From contig MU008169.1 in the NCBI GenBank assembly GCA_010909165.1, positions 1,116,001 to 1,180,000 on the forward strand: DNA of 64,000 nucleotides. The letters run 5' to 3'. The DNA is from Anthoceros angustus (lineage: Eukaryota; Plantae; Anthocerotophyta). The number at the start of each line of letters is the position of its first letter. Position 1 is the first letter of the stretch. The notes under the pieces are model-generated. The model saw only the letters and a program-made list of their open reading frames with translations. It had not been told where the DNA came from and ran no database searches. Positions 13,901-25,919 of the stretch are shown here, piece by piece. The position numbers and the translations under genes are program-made.

Positions 13901-14658
13901 ATGACGTGGTGGTGGACCACCGGATGGTCCGGACTGGAGAGGAGACAAGAGGCAACCTAATATTGTCAACTTTCCGCCTTGTACCAGAATGTTATGTCCC
14001 CGGCTTGAATGCGTGGATTGTTTTCGCCTTTTCGTGGAAAGGTTTAACACTTGCCATCGGCATCATCTCGCTTGTAGGAAGTTGACGGTGTGATAATGTC
14101 CGGAGCATGTAACGGCGACTATGTCGAAACCAGCAATGTGGTGCTCTAATTTTCTAACAATGTTCGTGGTTTTGTCCAGCTTGAGAGTAGCAGCGAGGTT
14201 TCAATGGTGATCATGCAGTCATCTATGTTCGACCTTGCGTGTAAGTGTCCCAGGATGGTCACACGGATGTCCGTGGCAAAGGTATGCCGGTGCGCGCCAA
14301 TGTTTTGTTTTCGCTCTAGTTCGGGGACCCCTAATGACTATGGGGTGGAACGGACGGGGTCCAGCCAAAAGGTGGCCGCTCAGTAACGGACGACACCAGC
14401 GAAACGGTGAGTACCAAGACGGGCTCAAAACGCGTCTTCCTCCACTGCTTCCACCGCCACAGAGGTTGTCTTCCACCTCCTTTGTGGTTTGTGCACGCTA
14501 CCATCCCTCCTCCGCAGAGCCGCCCTCACGCCATGCTCCTCCACCTCCTTCCGACCTCGTGTCCGGGTTTTGCCTGCTTGTTCCGCCTCCTTACGCCCCA
14601 TCCATCCAACCTTCCTTGAACTAACCTTCACTGCTTGCAGCCCTTCCGATGAGGACTC

Positions 14659-14986
14659 GCAGAGGTGGCTACGAGTCACCACCTCGTATCACAAGGGAGG
14701 ATGTGGAGGCAAAGCGAGCAAGGCGGAGAAGGATGGAAGTTGCCCATCCAGACTTGTGTGGAGGCCATTTGGGTCTCCACAGGCGTGGGCGGGGAAAGAT
14801 GGCTGTGGCCATCTCCTTCCATGCAGAGGTGGCTACGAGTCACCACCTCGTATCACAAGGGAGGATGTGGAGGCAAAGCGAGCAAGGCGGAGAAGGATGG
14901 AAGTTGCCCATCCAGACTTGTGTGGAGGCCATTTGGGTCTCCACAGGCGTGGGCAAGGAAAGACGGTATGGTGGCCATCTCCTTCC
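14659..14986. repeat. 164-bp direct tandem repeat (2 copies)
   Basis: gcagaggtggctacgagtcaccacctcg at 14659 and 14823. Confidence 0.9.
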
Positions 14987-16271
14987 AAGAGGTGGCGTGG
15001 CATCGAGATTTTCCAGATGCCGCAGTGAGGTAGGAAAAGCCAAGGGGTGGAAGAGGACTATAGGATAGCGAAGGAGGGGTTCACGGAGGCGAAAACAAAG
15101 GGTGCAGCAACTCCAGCAGTCAGGAAGGAGGGGTGAAGGAAGAGCTCGAGGACTGTCCGGTCCCAAAGAATTGTTTAGAGCTTCCTGACCTTGCAGCTGC
15201 CCGTGAGTCCATGCAACAACTTACGCGAATGAAGGTTGCGCAGAGGAGGCCGCGACCGGGAGCGGGAGCGGGTGGAAGTGAAGGAGGAGGTGTAAGCACT
15301 TACCTCTACCTTTTCGCTTGAGAGTTGAGCATGGTTGTCGCCGCATGCACTAACGGGCTGTTCATTGTGGCGAGACAGTGATGGGGACACCCTTGGCAAA
15401 ACTGGAGGAGCATTGTTGGAGATAGGAGCGTGAAGTGGGTTACCTAGGTTTTTTGCAAGCGATCATAGACTAGAAGCGGGGGCGGAGGGAAGGAAAGGGA
15501 GGGGAGAGGGGGGTTGGAGGAACGTAGCTTTCTCGTGGCTTCACCGGGTCGAGTTGGGGACGGCAATCACATGATTTTGTGTATGTCAAGTTTTAGTCTG
15601 GCGTGCAAGCCATGGTCCGCCCAAGTGTGAAGCGGAAACGGGGTTTGAGTTTGGGGAATGCCTCGATTCGGAATGTTTTGTCCACATCGGACAGGTGGCT
15701 ATGAGCCAACGTCAATGTCACATGGCATGGACTAGAGGCGGTTATATGTGAACTACACCATATCGGTTTTCCAATACTTTATTAGCGAGAAATGTATTCA
15801 TCAAGATATACTTTGTACCTTGGGGATGTATATTTGAATAATATTATTCCATGTATTTTACATGGATAACCCTAAGGCCCACAAACAAGGAGCCCGCTTA
15901 GTGATGCATTCGTCCAATTGTGTAACATGACGGTCTACACTTTTCCATATGCCGCTTTGTAAAGGTAGCTTTGGTCGTAATGTATCCCAAAAGTGACAGA
16001 TTGAAATAAAGCCTAAATAAATGTTCTAGTTGCACGCATAAATTTATAAGGATCTCTACTTTTTCTCCCGAATGCCTCTTTTGTTTAACCATGAGACATC
16101 GAGGTGTGGAAATATTGCCAATAAATTTCAAGTTTTGATGAAGTGGAATGGGTTTGGGTGTCTTGTGGTATTTTTAGCAGCCGTTTCCCACAAACCCTCA
16201 AAATCAACGTTCGAGTTTTCTTAAGTGCAAATTTTGATAACATATTTGGCCCGTCTCCGGAAAGTGGAGTG

Positions 16272-17553
16272 TGTCACTAGCCCTAAGGAGACCTTGTTTG
16301 ATTAATTACTTATCTTTAAGCAAGATTAGTGTTAATTAATCTAAGGTGCTTATGTTAATTAAGCAACCTCCGATTCTTCAGACCCTTCGGAGTCCATGTC
16401 ACTTGTGGCCTCGCCAAAATCGGAGGCCTCCAGCTGCACCTGCTGCAGCTCCTTCCTATCATCGTCGTGAGGACCCAATGTCCTCCTCTTGGCCAGTCGC
16501 AATACTTCATTGTTGGCCTTCAATATCCTGTTGTGAAGATGAGCGCCCAAGCTATGATATTGCATCTGGAGATCATCAATCTCCGTGGGCCACTCTCCAT
16601 CCTCACACCTACCCTTGTAGGCATCTCTCGCGGTGGTCAATTCTCCCACCTTCACATGGAGGGTTACATTCTCCTCCCTTGCTTCCTTCAGCTGGCTGGC
16701 CAATTTCGCTTGAAGGGCATAGTCCACCCAAAACCTTCGCTTCCTCACTACCAGCATCTTGTGCACCACCTTCTTGTGGTGCTCTTCCTCTTGGAACCTC
16801 CTTTGTTCCAGCTCAGCCACTTGCTTGGCAAGTCTCTCCTTCTCCACTTGCCACTCACTTCCCTCGCGCTCTAGCTCTTGTACCTGCTGATCTTGAGCCT
16901 TTAGCTCCGCGCGCTTCTCTTCCAAATCGAACCGGGTCCTTCGCAATTCCTCTTCCATGTCCCGGATCTTGATGGCCTGGGTAGCCATCACCTGCTCCTG
17001 CGCGTCCATTTGCTGGACCGCCACTTTCTCTCTTCCTTATTTTCCCAAGGACCAAGGAACATCCTTCCGAACCCCGAAGACCAAGGACTCGAAATAGGCT
17101 TCTATCTGCTTGCTACTTTCCCAAGGACCAAGGAACATCATTCCGAAACCCCGAAGACCAAGGACTTGAGTCTGTTCCTTCCGAAACCCCAAAGACCAAG
17201 GACTTGAGTCCTTGAATAGATAGGACTACCGGACTTAGGTAGCGGACTTGAGCGGCCACCGCTTCTCAGTGTGACCACACCAAGTAACCGTCCTCCCACC
17301 ACCACTTCCTATGACTCCCCTCTTCTGCGTGGGAAACTAGGCGAGGTAAGAGGAGCTCTCGCTCGCCTGACATTCGGTGCAAGGGGTTCGGTGAGGTCCT
17401 CTGGTTAAACAACATGTTCAAGCCAGCTTGTTGGATGAGAAGCTTGGTTCTTTGAATATGTAGGTGGGTCATTGTGCTTCTCCTTCCAAGTCGAGCTCTC
17501 CGGCAAAGCCTGAGCCTGGGAGGTGTGCCGGATTGGATATGGGAGTCGTGACA
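16272..17553. mobile_element. Possible LTR-like unit (TGTCAC...GTGACA) with internal repeats and an ORF
   Basis: Inverted termini tgtcactagccc / gggagtcgtgaca; 2-3 copies of ccaaggaccaaggaacatc..ccgaa(a)ccccgaagaccaaggact at 17045-17210. No TSD. Confidence 0.35.
16359..17024 (-). CDS. Coiled-coil protein of unknown function (221 aa ORF), probably TE-borne
   Basis: Uninterrupted ORF, strongly E/K/Q/R-rich heptad character, acidic tail. Confidence 0.45.
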   Translation of the reverse strand: MAVQQMDAQEQVMATQAIKIRDMEEELRRTRFDLEEKRAELKAQDQQVQELEREGSEWQVEKERLAKQVAELEQRRFQEEEHHKKVVHKMLVVRKRRFWVDYALQAKLASQLKEAREENVTLHVKVGELTTARDAYKGRCEDGEWPTEIDDLQMQYHSLGAHLHNRILKANNEVLRLAKRRTLGPHDDDRKELQQVQLEASDFGEATSDMDSEGSEESEVA

Positions 17554-17569
17554 CCTGTAACCATCAGCA

Positions 17570-18073
17570 CGTTATGTGAGTAGGGAAAGCTTACTGAGGC
17601 TGTTGGAGCTCTATAAAATCTGGCGTAGATAGACTATTCTATTCCTCAGTCCATCTTATATGTCGTGCTAAAACTTTGTGCAGATAAGAAGGACATGGTT
17701 GTGGGATGACGCGTTCATGATCTCACATCAAACTTGAGTGCAGTCAATCACATACATGGGGAACCATATCTTGCGGATGTATGTATCCGGAGGTAGGCTG
17801 GAGGGTGGGCAAACCAAATCCTTCATGTTGTTTTCAATAATCTCCGCACATGCTACACATGGGGAGCCTAATGAGGCGATACAACTTTACTATGCGATGT
17901 GTCCCTCTGGTGTGGATGCCCACATCTTTGTAGCAGCCCTTCAAGCTTGTGCATTTGTGGACACGGAATCTAGCAGAAAAGTGCAGCATGATATGTTGCA
18001 CAGTGACATTCCACCGAACTTGTTTATTGCCAACTGTCTGGTGGACATGTACAGGACTCCTGGAGAGCTGTAG
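17570..18073 (+). pseudogene. PLS-class pentatricopeptide repeat gene remnant
   Basis: LCE*GKLTEAV...VLKLCADKKD...RVH...YMGNHILRMY...IISAHATHGEPNEAIQLY..M...IFVAALQACA...NLFIANCLVDMY; in-frame stops and a frameshift. Confidence 0.8.
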
Positions 18074-20708
18074 AACGACGCGCCCTACGTCAGCTGGATC
18101 ATCTGATGGAGATGGATGGGAGCACCATGGATGTGGTCTTGGCGAGTGGGGGATAACTGTTCTTCAGGTTCCGAAGAATCTACTGGTTCTATCCATCATA
18201 GTGCTATGATGGACAGCTCTTTTGCCTCAAAGCAAAAAACTAACATAGTCAGCTTGGCCACAGTGGATCATGACCATGTTCGATGACTGCCTGGCGAATG
18301 CAGTGTTGGCACTTCGTGGTGTATGCAAAATGTGGTGAACTGGAAGGTGCATGTCCACCAGGTGCCCAGCAGTCCTCTTTCATGGGCCGTTCAGCTGTCA
18401 GATTTACAGAAGTGGAAGGTGGTTCACGTGGTACTCCTTAGTGTATTCATGGATGCTAGTTCATATGGCTTCTCGCATCAAGAAATCACGTTCTGAGTTA
18501 CAGTGTCCAATTTTTGGTGGAAGTTGTTTGACAGCTAAATGACACATGAAAGACGCATGTCTCTTGCACGAAGGTGGTGCATGTCTCTTGCTTGAAGGTG
18601 GTGCATCTCTCTTGCACGAGGGTGTTGTGGAGTCTTGGTTGCGGCCGACTCCGCTTCTGCCGTTCCTAACTCTTGCTATGATTTATGTGAGAGCACGAAA
18701 GCAAGTGGTACGACTTGGGGAACCGTGGCTTGTGTCTCTCTCTGTTGCCGGTGGCTCTGTGAATTTGTCAATGGCACTCACAATGTGAATTTGTCAATGG
18801 CACTGGAAACGGGCGTATACAACGTGCAAGATCGCTTTGCAATGGACCTTGTGTATGAGACTACGTTGTGAATTTGGTGTAAACGTGCAGGCGATCCGGC
18901 CTTGTCATACATTTTACAACATACAAGTGCGCTTTGCAAGGGGTGTTGTAAATTAGACTATGTTGTAAATTCGTGGGAGGCCTATCTTGGCCTCTCTTAA
19001 ACGTTTACAATGTCTGGTGCGGTTTGCAATTGATCGTGCTGTAAATTAGATTAGGTTATGCGTATGTTGTAAAACATGAGAGAGGCACGATCCGGCCGTC
19101 TCAAACATTTTACAACGTACAATTGGGCTTTGCGGACCGTGTTGTAAAACACGGTCCGTTGCAAAAAATTGAATGCTTTGTCTTGATGGGAGGAACATCC
19201 TCGTCGGCTAGATCATCTTATGGAGGTGGAATGGGAGCACCATGGATGTGGTCTTGGCGAGTGGGGATAAGCTTCTTCGTTCAAGAATCTCTTGTTACTA
19301 TCTGGTTACATCCATCATAGTGCTATGATGGACAGCTATTGAACGACGACCCCTACGTTAGATGGATCGTCTTAATTGGCAAGTGGGGATGGTGTCTTGA
19401 TTTCAAAGAACCTCTTGGTTTAGTCTTCACTATGATGGACAACTAGTGGTGATTCCCACCTCATTTTGTAGTCTTGCTTGCTTTGTCGGGGATGTGGTGA
19501 CATGGAATGCCCTTATGGATGTCTGAGGGCTCGGCTGCACAGAGAATGTAGTGGTGGGCACCTACCGTGGACATGTATGCAAAATTTGGTGAATCGGAAA
19601 ATGCCCGCCAAGTTTTTGGATTGAGCGACCCATGAAAGAGGACAAATATGGTGGTGGAAGATGCAAAGACGCGTGGTGCACTCACAAATTGTGGAAGGAA
19701 CGCGATTGCACTCATAGATGGTGGTGCATGTCTCTTGCCTAAGGGTGTTGTAGAGTGCCGATCGTGGCCACCTCTGCTTCCTCTGCCGTTTCCTTGTACT
19801 CATGCTATGTTTTTTTAGGAGAGCTTCATTCTGGCACATATGCTTCCAAATGTTTTCACGATTGCATCACCATGGATCTTTGAGTGCATGCATCATGTGG
19901 CGACGCCGTGCACATGTAATCTATATGTGATGAAGCGACCATGTTACTCTTTGCCTCAAAGCAAAAACTAACATAGTCGGCTTGGCCGATGGATCATGAC
20001 CATGTTCGATGGCTGGCGAGCAGTGTTGGCACTTCGTGGTGTATGCAAAATGTGGTGAGCTGGAAGGTGCATGCAGTTTGACGGTGGCGCCCATGAAAGA
20101 GGCTGGGCACTGGTGGACATGTTTGTGAAGTGGAAGGTGGTTCACGTGTTGGAGTCTGCTGATTTCTCGATTCGGCCTTCTCGTTTTCAAGTGCGATTCG
20201 CACCAATTCCACGTAATGCAGTACCGGCCGTCGAGGTAAGCATAATGAGCAATGCCACGGAACCTCGGCAAGATGTAGACACCTAACGACTTGGCACTAA
20301 CCATTTTGCTTCCATGCACGCAATGCTCCTCCTCTCGATGTTGGACTCCAATGCCCCTAACGATGCCTCTGGCGGGCCGAATGCAAGGCTAGGTCAACGA
20401 CCCTTTCCGTGGACATTCTCGTCTTGCAAGCGTGCAATATCGTTGCAACTTTGTTGTCCACTTGCATTTTGCCACACTACATCTCTTTCACATTTCACAT
20501 GGATGCACTTGCATGGGGAAAGCCCGTAGAACATCAACACTGGGGCGTCCCCATATAGCAGCAACCAAAAGAGCGAGGAGAAGAGGGCTGGCCTGATGGA
20601 AGCTGAGATCGGTAGAATACCCAAGCTGTTTAATGGCTCCAGGTACTCCTTAGTGTATTCATGGATGCTAGTTCATATGGCTTCTCGCATCAAGAAATCA
20701 CGTTCTGA
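18070..20708 (+). pseudogene. Scrambled, partly duplicated PPR fragments
   Basis: VYAKCGELEGA at ~18320 and ~20040; DVVTWNAL ~19490; VDMYAKFGESENARQVF ~19568. 18215-18497 is repeated at 19950-20708, where the second copy has a ~490 bp insert. Confidence 0.6.
18801..19175. repeat. CACTA-type subterminal repeat array / non-autonomous fragment
   Basis: Dense tttacaac / gttgtaaa motifs in both orientations; starts cactggaaa; 11-bp stem cggaccgtgtt-gtaa-aacacggtccg at 19133-19158. Confidence 0.5.
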
Positions 20709-20759
20709 TTATATAAATTTATTATAATATATAACCTCATAAATTACATAAATAAGGAA

Positions 20760-21555
20760 AAGGTCTCTTCCACAAATTTACAATGGCATTTGCGACAAAC
20801 ATGCCACATCAGCAAATAATATATTTATTCATGGATATTGACTGGCTTGTGCATTTTACATCCATAGTTCCGACGCATGTGCCACGTCAGTAAATATACA
20901 ATAAAAATGAATAATCCAATAATATAATATAAATTCGAGAAACCATTTTACAACGATAGTTGCAATGAGCTTGCCATGTCAGCAAATAATAAATTTATTT
21001 ATAGATATTTCTATAAAATGGTTTTCATGCGTTTTACAACCATAGCTACAATGCATGTGACACGTCAAGAATACAAAAAAAAAGATAATCCCATAACTAA
21101 CATAAATCCAGAGAAACATATTTACAACATCATTTTACCGAACTTGCCACATCAGCAAATAATAAATCTATTCATAGATATTCCCATAAATGGTATTATT
21201 CCAAAAATCAAGTCTTGCACAATTTACAACCACATCTACAACAAACATGGTTTACAACGTCTTTTACAAGTACCGTTTACAACATCCTTTAAAGCGTCAT
21301 TATATATTCAACAAAATGTAGTTTTATTAACAAATAACCCCCATAGTTTTCTAAATCAAAAGAGTTTATGCACAATTAACAACGCCATGTACAACGAGCA
21401 AGCCATGTCAACAAACCCCGTTGTAAAATTCGTGTCAACATGCCATGTCAACAAACCCCTGTAAAATCCATGCCACATCATATTAGTTAGGAACCCTTGT
21501 TGTAAATGTTCAAAAACTTACAACAAGGCTTTGAGTCAGTAAGAGTGTTGTAGTT
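20760..21555. repeat. AT-rich subterminal-type array of tgcca(c/t)(a/g)tca(g/a)caaa and tttacaac motifs
   Basis: Motif at ~20802, 20880, 20972, 21057, 21145, 21402, 21441, 21471; ~85-90 bp spacing in the first part. Confidence 0.7.
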
Positions 21556-21599
21556 TCCTCTAACTAAACTTAGACCCATTTGTAAAGGTAGCCCTCCTT

Positions 21600-24580
21600 G
21601 TAGTGGAGGCGGGGTTTGCGTGTGCGGGGTTTGCGGCGTGGGCGGGGTTTGCGGCTTCGTGGGAGGCAGGGTTTGTGGCGGTGTGGGAAGAGGTGTGTGT
21701 GCTGCGGTGTGGGAGGGGGTGTGTGTGCGGCGTGTGGGAGGAGGTGTGTAGGGGGTGTGGGAGGAGGTGGGAGGTCGGCGATATGAGAGGAGGTAGGAGG
21801 ATGGCGGTGTGGGAGGAGCTTGGTGTGTGGCGGTGTGGGAGGGTGTGGGTGTCTGGCGATGTTGGAGGAGGTGGGAGACGGCGACTTGAGGAGAAGTGAA
21901 GATGGCAAGCCGGTGGTGGCGGGAGCACTTGGGTTTTCAGTGCGATTCAATGCGGCACGAGCTCGTGGAGTTGGGCAGTCGCAGGCGGTGGCTGCAGCGG
22001 TTGGGATCGCAAGAGCTCAAGGAGCACAAGGGCAGGATGTGATGTGGTGATTGTGCGGTGGTTCTCCGATGTTTGTGATATGCTTCTATGGCTCACCTCC
22101 GCTCCAAAGGGTTTACCACGATGTAACCACAATCCCTCCATCCGGCATTGTTTGTGCATTTGAATTGGTGAGGAATTGATGAGGGACGTGGAGAAGCATG
22201 TTGAAGCTTGCTTAAGATTATTGTAGGTTGTCCCTTTGAGATGGTACAAGCTTCCATCGCTAGGTGGGAGGTCCTGCCCGATTCTAGACAGGATAGATGC
22301 TACCATCTCGTGGCGTTGCAACCCTTCCTCTGCGCCAGTCGAGATGAAGATAGATGAGAAGCGTGAGCTCGTTTCTGTATGAGTCATGTCCTTCTTTATG
22401 GCTTCTCACTCCCGTTGTTGTTTAGGGCAGACTTCGACCAAAGGATGAGGACCATCCAAGTACACTTTCTTAGACTTCTTGCGAGTTCTCAAATCCAAAA
22501 GCAGGGCACATCACAGGCTGCAATTTGGTGAGCTTAATATGCTTGTTCAAGAGGACCTTGGTTTGGATTCGAGTCGGGCATGCCACCTCGGAAAGTAATC
22601 TTGGTAGCTCACTCAATTTGGAGGGTGGATATGCAATACTCAGATGTTCCCCATCAATGCCCTTTTACTCACCATGCCGGCATGGTCTGCGGTGATAAGC
22701 ATTGCTATGCTCACATCCATGAACACGACTTGGAGAGTACCGTATATGTGGAGGTGCGTGTTTGGCATCGTGGGAGGAGGTGGGAGGGCGGCGGCGGTGT
22801 GGGGGCGCGGTGTGGGAGGGCGGTGGCTGCCTTTTCACCTTCTAGCATTCAAAGGGAGAAGGGCTCACTCCTTCCTGCACAAATTGCCTGGATGTTCTTA
22901 ACCCGCGCCCGTTTTAACAGTTGATTCCATGTCTTCAGCACGCGCAAGTGGTAGGCCACATCCGGTATAAGAACCTTGTCCAAGCTGCTGATGATCAATG
23001 CTCGTGCAACACTGTTTGCATTGGCCCACTTATCTTTCTCCTCCTATGTGGCAGATGTGGCTATTTCCTGGTACTGCCCACACATGCCATCCCAGACATA
23101 GCAGAGCTTGAAGGCTCCGTCCTCGACCGCTGTTGTTGAAGGTTCTGGGAATTTCAGTTTCTGGACAAGGTACACGAGTTCACTTGGGAATGTGGACTGT
23201 GCGGTCCTGCAAATTATGCTCATCCATCGCCTTGACTTTGGTTTGTCAATTCTTCACAGAGAAGGAAACTGTTGGATGATGGCGGTGTGGGAGGAGGTTG
23301 GTGTGTGGCGGTGTGGGAGGGTGTGGGTGTGCGGCGATGTTGGAGGAGGTGGGAGGAGGTGCGTGTTCGGCGTTGTGGGAGTAGGTGGGAGGGCGGCGGT
23401 GTGGGAGGACGGTGGCGGTGTGGGAGGGCGGCGGTGGTGTGGGAGGGCGGCGGTGTGGGAGGACGGTGGCGGTGTGGGAGGGCGGATCATGTGGTGGATC
23501 TGGGCTGGAGATAACTTGGCAAAGGGCTGGAGATGGACCTCCTGGTTGGAGAGAAGGAAGTGATTGATGAAGGGATGTTCATTGTGGTTGCTAGAGAGAA
23601 GGGCGTGCAAGATGGGAGCTCGCTGTCTTCTATTACAATTGTTTGTCTGGTATCATGGATTTGACGTAAACCACATTTGCGTATCCGGATTTGCTTTCGC
23701 TCCTTGCAGATCGCATAGCGACAAGATGGCTGTCTTTGAAGAGGAGCTTGAGTTTGTTTCAAGAAGGCGCTCAAGAAGTCGGAAGTGCGTGAAAGGACCG
23801 AAAATGTGAAGAAGTTGCAAGGAAAGCCTGAATGTCTGGAAAGAAGGAGATGAACACAACAGGGAGAGTACCGTATGACGGGAGGTGCGTGTTTGGCATC
23901 GTGGGAGGAGGTGGGAGGGCGGCGGCGGTGTGGGAGGGCGCGGTGTGGGAGGACGGTGGCTGCCTTTTCACCTTCTAGCATTCAAAGGGAGAAGGGCTCA
24001 CTCCTTCCTGCACAAATTGCCTGGATGTTCTTAACCCGCGCCCGTTTTAACAGTTGATTCCATGTCTTCAGCACGCGCAAGTGGTAGGCCACATCCGGTA
24101 TAAGAACCTTGTCCAAGCTGCTGATGATCAATGCTCGTGCAACACTGTTTGCATTGGCCCACTTATCTTTCTCCTCCTATGTGTATGGCTATTTCTGATC
24201 GCCCACACATGCCATCCTGCATATAGCAGGCTTGAAGGCTCCCTCCTCGACCGCTGTTGTTGAAGGTTCTGGGAATTTCAGTTTCTGGACAAGGTACACG
24301 AGTTCACTTGGGAATGTGGACTGGTCTCAAAATTATGCTCATCCATCGCCTTGACTTTGGTTTGTCAATTCTTCACGAGAAGGAAACTGTTGGATGATGG
24401 CGGTGTGGAGGAGGTGTGTGGCGTGTGGGAGGGTGGGTGCTGTTGGAGGAGGTGGGAGGAGGTGCGTGGGGGAGTAGGTGGGAGGGCGGTGTGTGGGAGG
24501 ACCTGGCGGTGTGGGAGGGCGGCGGTGGTGTGGGAGGCGGCGTGGGAGGACGGTGGCGGTGGGAGGGCGGATCATGTGGT
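21600..24580. repeat. G-rich minisatellite blocks (GGCGGTGTGGGAGG-like)
   Basis: Blocks at ~21600-21890, 22750-22825, 23275-23490, 23880-23960, 24395-24575. Confidence 0.85.
21950..24390 (-). mobile_element. Degenerate Ty1/copia remnant (gag, pre-integrase, integrase fragments)
   Basis: - strand KDKWANANSVARALIISSLDKVLIPDVA..KTWNQL...MLEGEK (UBN2-type gag; present twice); WHARL at ~22585; integrase-like fragments 22100-22390. Confidence 0.6.
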
Positions 24581-24935
24581 GGATCCGGGCTGGAGATAAC
24601 TGCAAAGGGCTGGAGATGGACCTCCGTTGGAGAGAAGGAAGTGATTGATGAAGGGATGTTCATTGTGGTTGCTAGAGAGAAGGGCGTGCAAGATGGGAGC
24701 TCGTCTTCTATTACAATTGTTTGTCTATCATGGATTTGATGTAAACCACATTTGCATCATCCGGCACGCTGGCCTTGCAGATCGCATAGCCTGACAAGAT
24801 GGCTGTCTTTGAAGAGGAGCTTGAGTTTGTTTCGAAGAAGGCGCTTCACAAGAAGCTGGAAGTGCGTGAAAGGACCGAACATGTGAAGAAGTTGCAAGGA
24901 AAGCCTGTGAATGTCTGGGACGGAAAGAAGGAGAT
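22751..24935. repeat. ~1.13 kb tandem duplication
   Basis: gaggtgcgtgtttggcatcgtgggagg at 22751 and 23882, with colinear downstream sequence. Confidence 0.85.
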
Positions 24936-25919
24936 GGCACACTCCGTCGTGCTGGTTTTAATGTTAGGGATATTTCGTACACTGATATTCTCAAGGATCT
25001 GATTGGTGGTGACGAGTTTATTGTTAGTGTGTTTGGGCCGATAGCTGGGAAGAGCAGAAGGGTTCAAGTGGTCTCAAACGCGCTGTAAGTCAAGGTGATT
25101 TCAAAGGCGAGTGGGAAAACATTGATGATTTGTGTTATCAGGTATTTAAGCTCCCTCCGAGGGAAGAAGTTCATTCCTAGGAAGATGGCACTTGGAGTTC
25201 TTGTGGAGAAGTTGAAAGGTGTTTCCATTGATTGGTTCACTTATGACAAGACAACAAAGGCCCTTCGTGCAGGGGGTGTGGTTCAAGAGCAGAAACATCG
25301 AAAAAGAAGCTGCAATGTGAGGATGTTGTAGTGGAGGACAAAAAGGGATCTGAGGTACATATGTTTGCGGATGGGTGTCAAGCACAAGGGGATCTTCCTG
25401 GTGAGGAGAGTATTAGCCAGCGGACACGCTCTCATGCTCGGGAGTCCAAGGTGCTAGCATCTCCAGGAGAGCAGATTCAGGCAGTGAAAGCCCATTCGGC
25501 CAAGGAAGAGCTACAAACAAAGCAGGCCAGGGTGGAAACCAATGCGACTAAAGATCTGGTGGAGTCCACTTCTCATGAGGTGGTGGCTGAAGCATTCGTA
25601 CATGGCACAGATAGCGGGCTATGTCTAGACGTCATGGCACCTTCTTGGAAACTGCTCTAGAGGATCTTGTTGTTGTTACAGAGCAGGTGAAGAGAAAGTG
25701 CTCTTGGAGGTGTGTGAGGAAGTTGACAAAGCTATGTGTTTCATGGCTGGTGCCAATTCCATCTTCACTCGGGAAAATCTTCTTACCACGAAGAACAACG
25801 AGTTAGAGGCCGACCAGCACATGTTCAACGTTCTCGGCCTGATCCCTATGGCTCCTAATGCAGAGCTTGAGCAGCAACCTCGAGAAGACACTGCGAATGC
25901 GGCGGTTGCAGCAATGTAG
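24799..25919 (+). pseudogene. Degenerate gene, weakly related to the 29316/31396 paralogues
   Basis: KFIPRKMALGVLVEKLKGVSIDWFTY resembles KISVKFGRAFLAHELRRTEVDWAHY; frameshifts present. Confidence 0.35.

Larger units (their letters stand above)
1..14000. mobile_element. Sola-like DNA transposon, copy 1 (left end outside window, right end not found): ParB-domain gene on - strand, DDD transposase on + strand
   Basis: Same divergent layout and same protein motifs as the element at 48714-57618: ParB-like ...IVIVDP...YVLGGNHS... at 1-230 (-) and transposase motifs at 12327-12705 (+). No TIR identified; the right boundary is approximate. Confidence 0.6.

Noticed and set aside
15790-15820. tattcatcaagatat as the right TIR of copy 1
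   Set aside because: Only weakly similar to the copy 2 TIR, and the partner end is outside the window.
20149-20642. Possible DYW deaminase domain next to the PPR fragments
   Set aside because: No HxE(x)nCxxC or terminal DYW-type motif was found on either strand.
20760-21555. Regularly spaced repeats as a CRISPR array
   Set aside because: The repeats are short and degenerate, the spacers resemble each other, the context is eukaryotic and there are no cas genes.
21560-24740. Pro/His/Thr- or Gly/Trp-rich ORFs (extensin-like)
   Set aside because: These are translations of the G-rich minisatellite in all frames.
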